Below are positions 7,582-13,995 of a stretch of DNA of 13,995 bases, one piece after another (positions within the stretch are counted from its first letter, which is position 1; every line of letters starts with the position of its first letter). Location of the stretch: assembly GCA_021786105.1 (NCBI GenBank), contig JAJYNW010000002.1, positions 1 through 13,995 of the forward strand, written 5' to 3'. Both the position numbers and the translations under genes were made by a program. This DNA comes from a bacterium (GTDB lineage: Bacteria > Patescibacteriota > Microgenomatia > Daviesbacterales > UBA10151). The notes under the pieces were generated by a model. That model was not told the origin of the DNA. It did no database searches and saw only the letters and a program-made list of their open reading frames with translations.

Positions 7582-8013
7582 CTAGCTGAACTCTACCTGG
7601 TACTGGTTTAAATCTACTTTTTCCTGAAACTCCACATACTTTGCAATCTCTTGTTCATTAAGTCCAACAGTTGATGAAAAATATCCAGGAGACCAGAATA
7701 CTCCTGATTTTTTATATACTTTATTCAACCATTCAAACCTCTCTCTTATTTTTCTTGAGGAATTTTGTTTGATCTTTCCCACCACTGATGACACATTCAG
7801 TTTGGGTGGAATATCAATGATCAGATGGACATGGTCTACTTGGATATTATATTTGATAATCTCTATCTCTGGATGATACTGGATTATTTCTTCAATACCT
7901 CTTCCAACGTAAGTTTTTACTCCCAGTTTTAATACTTTTCTTCGGTATTTTGGTATCCAGACAATGTGGTATTGATGTTTATATGATCCATGAGCTGATA
8001 ATTTTATCCTCAC
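7582..8013 (-). CDS. tnpA: IS200/IS605 HUH (Y1) transposase
   Basis: YHIVWIPKYRR, HUH motif DHVHL, FWSPGYF, catalytic YxxxQ (YVEFQ). Confidence 0.97.
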   Translation of the reverse strand: MRIKLSAHGSYKHQYHIVWIPKYRRKVLKLGVKTYVGRGIEEIIQYHPEIEIIKYNIQVDHVHLIIDIPPKLNVSSVVGKIKQNSSRKIRERFEWLNKVYKKSGVFWSPGYFSSTVGLNEQEIAKYVEFQEKVDLNQYQVEFS

Positions 8014-8044
8014 CCATCAATCATAACTCATCATTACAATATTA

Positions 8045-8094
8045 AATGCCCACATTCACTCACGGGCTTACGCCCGTGATGCTCTGTGGGCGTT
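8045..8094 (-). repeat. IS left-end extended hairpin
   Basis: Inner stem TCACGGGC/GCCCGTGA (8060-8079), 5x5 internal loop, outer stem GCCCACA/TGTGGGC (8048-8054/8085-8091). Confidence 0.9.
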
Positions 8095-8136
8095 CATAGA
8101 ATAAATTCCACCTAAAAGTGCTCAATTCCCTTCTAG

Positions 8137-8208
8137 TCGGGGTGACAGGAATTGAACCTGCTGCTTCACGCACCCCATGCGCGCGGTCTACCGATGACCT
8201 ACACCCCG
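8137..8208 (-). tRNA. tRNA-Pro(GGG), CCA not encoded
   Basis: Cloverleaf: acceptor CGGGGTG/CACCCCG with discriminator A, D stem GGTC/GACC, anticodon stem CGCGC/GCGTG with loop AT-GGG-GT, T arm GCAGG-TTCAATT-CCTGT; followed by CTA. Confidence 0.96.
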
Positions 8209-8212
8209 ATTG

Positions 8213-8246
8213 TTGTATTTTAACATTTAAGAATTTACAATACCAA
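8213..8246. promoter_or_regulatory. Overlapping divergent promoters for the cyclase operon (+) and tRNA-Pro (-)
   Basis: Plus strand: TTGTAT (8213-8218), 17 nt, TACAAT (8236-8241), 6 nt, ATG. Minus strand: extended -10 TGT-TAAAAT (hexamer 8222-8217), 8 nt before the tRNA. Confidence 0.7.
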
Positions 8247-8247
8247 C

Positions 8248-8865
8248 ATGACTAAAATAATTGATATATCCTTACCAATTTATCAAAGCATGCCGGTTTA
8301 CCCCAATAATCCCCCAGTCACCATCAAGCCGCTCAAAACCCCGACCACTTATATTTCCGAAATTACTTTTGGCTCTCATACTGGTACTCACTTGGATACT
8401 CCCCGCCATATTTCAGAAAACGGACTTGGTGTAGATAAAATTGATCTTAATCAGCTGATCGGTCCGACCCGAATTTTAGACATGACTCATTGCCAAACTG
8501 GTATCACCACTAAAGATTTAGAAAAAGAAAATATTAAAAAAGGTGAAAGAATTTTAGTTAAAACCAAAAACTCCCTACGAGGATTTAAAAATTTTTATCC
8601 GGACTATATCTATTTAGAAGGTAATGCAGCCGAATTTTTAGCCAAACAGGAAATTACTCTCTTTGGCATCGACTCTTTATCAATAAAACAAAAAGGTAAC
8701 CCTGACGTCAGAGCACACACTGAACTTTTGAATAATAATATCGTCATCATTGAAGGCTTGGATTTATCACCAGCTGATCCCGGCAATTACAATCTTTATT
8801 GTTTGCCGTTAAAATTTGTCGGATTGGATGGTTCTCCTGCCCGAGTCATATTAGTATCTTCATGA
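8248..8865 (+). CDS. Cyclase-family metal-dependent hydrolase (kynurenine formamidase KynB-like)
   Basis: IIDISLP start, HTGTHLDTPRH (HxGTHxDxPxH), GIDSLS, IIEGL, LPLKFVGLDGSPARV. Confidence 0.92.
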   Translation: MTKIIDISLPIYQSMPVYPNNPPVTIKPLKTPTTYISEITFGSHTGTHLDTPRHISENGLGVDKIDLNQLIGPTRILDMTHCQTGITTKDLEKENIKKGERILVKTKNSLRGFKNFYPDYIYLEGNAAEFLAKQEITLFGIDSLSIKQKGNPDVRAHTELLNNNIVIIEGLDLSPADPGNYNLYCLPLKFVGLDGSPARVILVSS

Positions 8866-9638
8866 AATTAATTTCCTTAAATGCCTGGGGCGGAAAGCTT
8901 TATCAACCACTCATAACTTTCCTCAAACAACATTCCAAAAATGCAGATATCTTTTGTTTCCAAGAAGTATTTCATAATGCCTCAGGTGTTAAAGAATATG
9001 CGGACTTTAGAGCTAACTTGTATGATGAGTTGTCTCAATTATTAAATCAGTTTCAAGGCTACTATGTCCCTACTCAAGACAAATATGTTTTTTATAAAGG
9101 CTTCGTGGATTTTGATTTATCTTACGGCCTGGCCATATTTATCAAAAAAGATATTCCGGTTTTATCCCATGGAGATTTTTTTCTCTTTAGAGAAAGAAAC
9201 TGTTTAGACCCAAAAGACATCCCCCACACCCTGCCTAAAAATTTACAACACTTAAGCTTTGCTTTTAAAAATAAGCAATTCACTGTTTGCAATTATCATG
9301 GAATTTGGCTGCCGCCCCCTAATTCCAAATCGGACACAGAATCAAGAATAAACCAGTCCCAAAAAATTAATCAATTTCTTAAAAAACTTCCCAGAGAAAA
9401 AATTTTATGCGGAGACTTCAACCTGGCACTCAATACCCAAAGCGTAAAAATATTAGAAGAAGATATGGTTAATTTAATTAAGAAATATCAAATTACTGCC
9501 ACCAGAAATAAATTTTTCCCCGGGGAGGAAAAATTTGCTGATTATACTTTTGTCTCAAATGGCATCAATGTCAAAAATTTCCAAGTTCCCGATATTGAAG
9601 TTTCTGATCACTTGCCAATGATTTTGGAATTTGAATGA
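8862..9638 (+). CDS. Endonuclease/exonuclease/phosphatase (EEP) family protein
   Basis: MKLISLN, FCFQEV, CGDFN, DYTF and SDHLP motifs. The start at ATG 8862 overlaps the upstream stop (ATGA). Confidence 0.92.
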   Translation: MKLISLNAWGGKLYQPLITFLKQHSKNADIFCFQEVFHNASGVKEYADFRANLYDELSQLLNQFQGYYVPTQDKYVFYKGFVDFDLSYGLAIFIKKDIPVLSHGDFFLFRERNCLDPKDIPHTLPKNLQHLSFAFKNKQFTVCNYHGIWLPPPNSKSDTESRINQSQKINQFLKKLPREKILCGDFNLALNTQSVKILEEDMVNLIKKYQITATRNKFFPGEEKFADYTFVSNGINVKNFQVPDIEVSDHLPMILEFE

Positions 9639-9901
9639 AACATTTAAACATTACAATTTACGGTTTGGTCCAAGGAGTATTTTTTCGAGCCAGCGCCAAA
9701 GCAGAGGCTGATAAACTAGAGATCAAAGGCTTTACTAAGAATTTGCCAGATGGATCAGTCTACGTAGAAGCAGAAGGTGAAAAAGAAAAGCTAGATGAAT
9801 TTGTAAAATGGTGTAAAGCAGGCCCATCCATGGCGCAAGTGAAAAAGGTTGAAGTTTTTGAAGATTCTCTGAAAAATTTTTCCCAATTCGGAATAAATTA
9901 G
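9635..9901 (+). CDS. acyP: Acylphosphatase
   Basis: GLVQGVFFR, GFTKNLPDGSV, WCKAGP; ATGA overlap with the EEP gene. Confidence 0.95.
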   Translation: MKHLNITIYGLVQGVFFRASAKAEADKLEIKGFTKNLPDGSVYVEAEGEKEKLDEFVKWCKAGPSMAQVKKVEVFEDSLKNFSQFGIN

Positions 9902-11013
9902 ACTATTTTTTCCCAGGGGAATTCGTTACGGCCAAAATGACCATAAGCCGCAGTTGGTAAATAAATTGGTCTTTGCAAATCCAAACCTTTGATTATTCCT
10001 TCCACTGAGGTATCCAAAATTTTATTCATGAAAGATAGAATGACTTTGTGAGATTTTTTATTAGTCCCAAAAGTTTCCACATCCTGCATGGTGGGTTGCT
10101 TAGCCCCGATAAAGTAAGCCAATCTGACTTCTGCCCGATCAGCCAATCCATGGGCCACAATATTTTTAGCCAAAAATCGAGCTGCATAAGCTCCACCCCG
10201 ATCTACCTTTGATGGTTCTTTACCGGAAAAAGCTCCCCCGCCAACCCTGGCATATCCACCATAAGTATCAACTACAATTTTCCGGCCAGTTAAACCACAA
10301 TCAGAAGCGGGGCCGCCGTTATGCCAAATTCCAGTACCATTCACAATCAAATCTTCTTTTTTAATTTTAAATCCAAAACGTTCCAACACCGGAATTACCA
10401 CAAACTCATAAATATCATCTTTAACCTGATCTAAATCAATTGACTCTTCGTGTGGGATAGCAATTACTACCTGAGTCACTTTATACGGCTTGCCATCTCG
10501 ATATTCAATAGTTACTTGAGATTTTCCATCCGGTCTTAAATAGGGAACAATTTTTTCTTCCCGGACCTGATCCATTCTTTTAGTCAAAGCATGAGCCATG
10601 GTAATTGGCAACGGCATTAAAACATCAGTTTCTCGGCAGGCAAAACCAAACATCATTCCTTGGTCGCCGGCCCCCTTTTTCTTCACCCCAACGGCAATTT
10701 CTGGAGACTGCTCGTGAACAAAAATACTAATGGGGGATCTGTGGCAAAAATTAAATTTCGGATCGGTATACCCCAATCTTTTAATCTGATCCTTAGCAAT
10801 CTTTTTAAAATCCACTTTAGCATTGGCCCCAATTTCCCCAGCAATAATTAACTTATTATTTCCTGCTAAACATTCTATCGCGGTTCTGCCGTGCGGATCT
10901 TGCGCCAACACTGTATCCAAGATAGCGTCGGAAATTTGGTCGCAGATTTTATCCGGGTGTCCGGCACAAACCGATTCTGAAGTAAAAGTTGTTATACCAT
11001 TTGTTTTTATCAT
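9898..11013 (-). CDS. metK: S-adenosylmethionine synthetase
   Basis: ESVCAGHPDKICDQISD, GAGDQG, RPDGKSQV, GLTGRKI, GGGAFSGKE, AAYGHFGR. Confidence 0.98.
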   Translation of the reverse strand: MIKTNGITTFTSESVCAGHPDKICDQISDAILDTVLAQDPHGRTAIECLAGNNKLIIAGEIGANAKVDFKKIAKDQIKRLGYTDPKFNFCHRSPISIFVHEQSPEIAVGVKKKGAGDQGMMFGFACRETDVLMPLPITMAHALTKRMDQVREEKIVPYLRPDGKSQVTIEYRDGKPYKVTQVVIAIPHEESIDLDQVKDDIYEFVVIPVLERFGFKIKKEDLIVNGTGIWHNGGPASDCGLTGRKIVVDTYGGYARVGGGAFSGKEPSKVDRGGAYAARFLAKNIVAHGLADRAEVRLAYFIGAKQPTMQDVETFGTNKKSHKVILSFMNKILDTSVEGIIKGLDLQRPIYLPTAAYGHFGRNEFPWEKIV

Positions 11014-11015
11014 TC

Positions 11016-11040
11016 AAAAAAACCTCTCATCAAGAGAGGT
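11016..11040 (-). terminator. Intrinsic terminator forming the riboswitch expression platform
   Basis: ACCTCTC-TTGAT-GAGAGGT followed by TTTTTT, ending 2 nt before the metK ATG. Confidence 0.88.
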
Positions 11041-11043
11041 CCT

Positions 11044-11140
11044 AAGTTTATCCTAAAAAGGACCACATCCCCCGACTATTCGGGGCTGGCACCGATTACT
11101 TTCCGGTTGCCGGGTCGAAACTTCGACCACTCTTAATGTA
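11044..11140 (-). ncRNA. SAM riboswitch, SAM-I/IV-like variant
   Basis: Upstream of metK. P1 TACATT/GATGTG; J1/2 AAGAG; simple P2 GGTCGA/TCGACC; P3 GGCAACCGG/TCGGTGCC with the SAM-I core bulge; P4 CCCCGA/TCGGGG; P5 GTCCT/AGGAT; 3' ACTT can pair with AAGT in the P3 loop. Confidence 0.88.
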
Positions 11141-11163
11141 TTCTCTAGTTAACCACAAACTGA

Positions 11164-12561
11164 TTACTTTTGCAAGGGCTCAGTTACCGCATGTTTTTCA
11201 ATCAACTCCACAATTTCTTTTCTTTTAACATTCACATCCATACCCTTATGAGCCTCAATGTTAAGCCGTAGTAATGGCTCGGTATTTGAGGATCTTAAAG
11301 AAAATCTCCAATCCGGATAATTAATGGCAATTCCATCCAAATCAGAGAATTCTCCATCATGATAATGCTCTTTTAATTTCTCCATGATTTCCGAAGCATT
11401 TTGGACCTTATAGTTTATCTCGCCTGATTCATCACTAGTCCTGACTTCTTGAGCCAAGGCAGACAAAGGTTTACCAGTTTTGCTCATCATCGACAGGATC
11501 ATTAAGATTACCGGCATCGGTGATTCTGCTCCGCCGGTTGCCCCCCAATAAAAATGACCTGAAGCTTCCCCGGCAAATAAACCTGCATTTTTGTGCATGG
11601 CTTCAGTGATATTGGAGTGTCCTGTTTTACAAACCACCAGTTCTCCGCCAAAATCTTCCACATTTTTCTTTGGGGTGAAAACATATTTTAAATCTACTAA
11701 AATTTTGCCCCCCATTCCTTGCTGTAAAAGTTCCCGAGCCACTAAACTAGTAATAGATGAAGGTAACACTATCCCACCTTTTTCATCAATAAAATACAAT
11801 CGGTCCGCGTCCCCATCCGGCGCCAAACCTAAATTAGCTCCTTCGGAAACCACCCTTTTTTGTAAATCTTTTAAGGTGTCAAACTGTAAAGGGTCAGGTT
11901 GATGGACCGGAAAAGTCCCGTCCAGTTCAAAATTCATTTTGACTAACTCTCCTCCAATCTCTTTAAATAACTGCATCAGATATAAAGCACCCATAGCATT
12001 AGCTGGATCAGCTACCACCTTGAAGGGTTTAATCTGAGGATGATGACTAATATTTAAAGAATTTTGTACTTCATCTGCCAACACTCCGTCATGTTTAGTA
12101 ATTTTACCTTTTTCCACCGGTCCAAAGTCCACACCTTCCAAAGCCAGCTTTTTTATTTCATGCATGCCAGTGTTGGCCCCAATTTTTAGGATTCCGTCAC
12201 TAGTCCGTCTGACAATTTTCAGACCATTGTATTCTTTGGGATTATGGGAAGCGCTGATTTGAATACCCCCGTCATAACTGTAATTTAAAACCGCAAAATA
12301 AAAAGTAGGGGTGGAAGAAAGACCAATATCGATCACTTCTGCTCCTGCCTCAACCAGCGCTTGGGAAGCTTTCTCAAAAAGGCTTGGGGAAGAAATTCTC
12401 ATGTCCCGACCTAAAACTATCTTTAAGGAATTTTTCCCAGCACTATCTAAGAAGAATTTATAAATGGCCCGGACAATTGGAACAATATTTTCCTCATTTA
12501 TCTCATCAGGGTATATGCCGCGGATGTCATAACTTTTGAAAATACCGCCGGGAATATCCAT
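11164..12561 (-). CDS. manB: Phosphomannomutase/phosphoglucomutase
   Basis: FKSYDIRG, phosphoserine loop SASHNP, metal loop DGDADR, sugar loop GEASGH, RSSNTEP. Confidence 0.93.
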   Translation of the reverse strand: MDIPGGIFKSYDIRGIYPDEINEENIVPIVRAIYKFFLDSAGKNSLKIVLGRDMRISSPSLFEKASQALVEAGAEVIDIGLSSTPTFYFAVLNYSYDGGIQISASHNPKEYNGLKIVRRTSDGILKIGANTGMHEIKKLALEGVDFGPVEKGKITKHDGVLADEVQNSLNISHHPQIKPFKVVADPANAMGALYLMQLFKEIGGELVKMNFELDGTFPVHQPDPLQFDTLKDLQKRVVSEGANLGLAPDGDADRLYFIDEKGGIVLPSSITSLVARELLQQGMGGKILVDLKYVFTPKKNVEDFGGELVVCKTGHSNITEAMHKNAGLFAGEASGHFYWGATGGAESPMPVILMILSMMSKTGKPLSALAQEVRTSDESGEINYKVQNASEIMEKLKEHYHDGEFSDLDGIAINYPDWRFSLRSSNTEPLLRLNIEAHKGMDVNVKRKEIVELIEKHAVTEPLQK

Positions 12562-12575
12562 AAAAGGTGAATCTT

Positions 12576-12604
12576 AATATACCTAACTTCTAAGAAAAAT
12601 TCAA
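12576..12604 (-). promoter_or_regulatory. Promoter of the PMM/PGM gene
   Basis: TTGAAT, 17 nt, TATATT, 14 nt before the ATG. Confidence 0.65.
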
Positions 12605-12620
12605 CTATTACATCATCAAT

Positions 12621-12650
12621 TTGACTTTATTAGAGGAACAAATATACCAT
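12621..12650 (+). promoter_or_regulatory. Promoter of the macroglobulin-like gene, predicted leaderless transcript
   Basis: TTGACT (12621-12626), 18 nt, TACCAT (12645-12650), 6 nt, ATG at 12657. The ORF-track TTG start is the -35 box. Confidence 0.65.
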
Positions 12651-12656
12651 CATTAT

Positions 12657-13841
12657 ATGGACAACACCTTACCTCAAAATCCTCCTTATGCGAATCCTCA
12701 AATTACCGCAGTCACATCCAATAATGATAAACCGCCCAATAACCACAGTCATTTCATTAAAAAGATAGCTTTACCCTTAGTATTACTTGTTTTCCTTGCC
12801 ATATTGCTACCTGCTTTATTTTTTATCATTAGCCAATACAAGATTATACCCAACAGGATCATACCTAAACCACACAATAATGCTCAAAAGTTTGAACTCA
12901 TAGAAAGCTCACCGGAAGACCAGGATGGTACTTTTTCAGCCATTGGCCAACCGACTTTTGTTTTCTCGAAGAAAATTGGTGTTTCAGAAAAAGAACTTGG
13001 CAATTATTTCAATATATCTCCAGCTGTTACAGGCACCTGGCATCTGGAAAAAAACGGGCAGGTGGCCTACTTCTCCTCTGATAAAACTCAAGCTGATAAC
13101 TTCCCTAATACCCTGGCATACAATACTGTTTATATGGTTACCATAAATAAAAATCTTCACTCTTCTGATAATCAACAATTACCGGATAATATCAACATTT
13201 CATTCCGAACAAAACAAAACCCATTATTTGGGCTGCATACTAATCAAAAATTAATTGCCATAGCTGCCAACCAACTGACTACTACACCAATTAATGTTTT
13301 ATTTAATGCAGAATCACCAACCAACTCACCTGATAACCAAACAAGCTTGTCTCTGCTAAATTCTCCCTTAACTGTCACCATTCAAAAAGCCTCAGAAAAC
13401 CAACTCCTGAAATATTTTAGTTATAAGGAAGGAAAAAACCCACTTTATCAATTCGAAAACGAATCAAACAATAACGATATAAAAGAATACAGCTCAACTC
13501 TACAAACTGGAAAATCATTAGGAGAGTATTTTTTGCAGCTTGGAGCAAATTATTTTCCTGAAGCAGGCATATACTTTGTCACTGCCAAAAATAAGGAGGG
13601 TAGTGAAGATTTCTTTGTCGTGACATCAAACCATATTAGCCAGGTCTTTAACGATGTCAAAAATACCTATATTTGGACCACTGAGCAAAATACCGGCAAG
13701 GGCATAAGCGGCGTCAGCGCCGAACTATATAAAGTAAAAGGGCCACCGACACTGGTTGACAAAATTGTGACAGGGAATGACGGTATTGGTAGTAGCAAAC
13801 AACCAACTGATGCAGTGGATTTTGTAATTACACATAATTAA
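12657..13841 (+). pseudogene. IS-interrupted 5' part of a membrane-anchored Ig-like domain / bacterial alpha-2-macroglobulin-like protein
   Basis: Pro/Asn-rich tail, one TM helix, Big_5-like domain (ESSP..PTFVFS..ISPAVTGTW..LAYNTVYMVTI..ISFRT), then an MG-domain-like segment (IWTTEQNTGKGISGVSAELY..VTGNDG). The stop codon lies inside the predicted IS left end. Confidence 0.7.
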
Positions 13842-13995
13842 CCGCTGGTAACTCCGCCCTTTTAGGGCGGGGCGGAAAGCGGTAAGCACAAAACTGGTAG
13901 GGTAAAATATCTAGGTGGGATTAAAAAAGTACAATCATTCAGTTGGTGAGTATATCTATCACTTTACCTTCATACCAAAATATCGAAAGAGAAGG
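13836..13995 (+). mobile_element. Left end of a second, distinct IS200/IS605-family element (runs out of the window)
   Basis: Hairpin CTCCGCCCT-TTT-AGGGCGGGG (13852-13872) inside outer stem ACCGCT/AGCGGT (13841-13846/13878-13883); guide GTAA (13848-13851) matches target ACAT (13832-13835); tnpA follows. Confidence 0.88.
13915..13995 (+). CDS. tnpA: IS200/IS605 Y1 transposase, N-terminus only (not in the ORF track)
   Basis: GTG start, MGLKKYNHSVGEYIYHFTFIPKYRKR, matching the family motif H...YHxxxxPKYR. TAAAAT lies 6 nt upstream. Confidence 0.9.
   Translation, partial: MGLKKYNHSVGEYIYHFTFIPKYRKRR

Larger units (their letters stand above)
7527..8095 (-). mobile_element. Complete IS200/IS605-family element, tnpA only (569 bp)
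   Basis: Y1 transposase flanked by the identical hairpin CACGGGC-TTAC-GCCCGTG (7536-7553 and 8061-8078). Ends deduced from guide/cleavage tetranucleotides on the minus strand: left AGCA/CTAT, right GGCA/CCAT. Confidence 0.9.

Noticed and set aside
7536-8078. Identical 18-bp palindromic repeats as a CRISPR array or REP elements
   Set aside because: Only two copies, 525 bp apart, flanking tnpA and accompanied by guide sequences; they are IS ends.
6530-8137. Integrase-type island at tRNA-Pro
   Set aside because: No integrase and no duplicate of the tRNA 3' end found near the recA intergenic region.
8799-8861. N-terminal extension of the EEP ORF
   Set aside because: Overlaps the cyclase gene. 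The family N-terminus MKLISLN begins at 8862 with ATGA coupling.
10201-10243. MetK GGGAFSGKE instead of the common GKD
   Set aside because: Conservative D/E variation is accepted in the family signature, and the other motifs are intact.
1455-13178. Minor ORF-track calls (1455-1907, 2226-2444, 3392-3589, 4056-4271, 5647-5829, 5904-6131, 10660-10851, 10823-11056, 11591-11902, 12925-13146, 12984-13178)
   Set aside because: Antisense or off-frame shadows of well-supported genes, with no recognisable motifs.

Overview
AT-rich, compact bacterial chromosome segment. Leaderless promoters, absent SD sites, overlapping stop codons, GT-C glycosyltransferases and in-frame heptamer repeats suggest a Patescibacteria/CPR (Microgenomates-like) genome; this is inference. 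Gene order: PMT-type mannosyltransferase (3' end), APH-like kinase, HU, DUF2079 membrane protein, rny, recX, recA, an orphan HExxH protein, a complete tnpA-only IS200/IS605 element (7527-8095), tRNA-Pro(GGG), a cyclase-EEP-acylphosphatase operon, metK behind a SAM-I/IV-type riboswitch with terminator and antiterminator, phosphomannomutase, and an alpha-2-macroglobulin-like gene cut by a second, different IS200/IS605 element starting at 13836. The main unexplained signals are a ~205-nt multi-hairpin leader in front of an RNase Y that lacks a membrane anchor, two IS ends whose guide/target tetranucleotides can be read from the sequence (CTAT and ACAT), two 7-nt tandem-repeat tracts inside recX, and a palindrome cluster between recA and the divergent HExxH gene.
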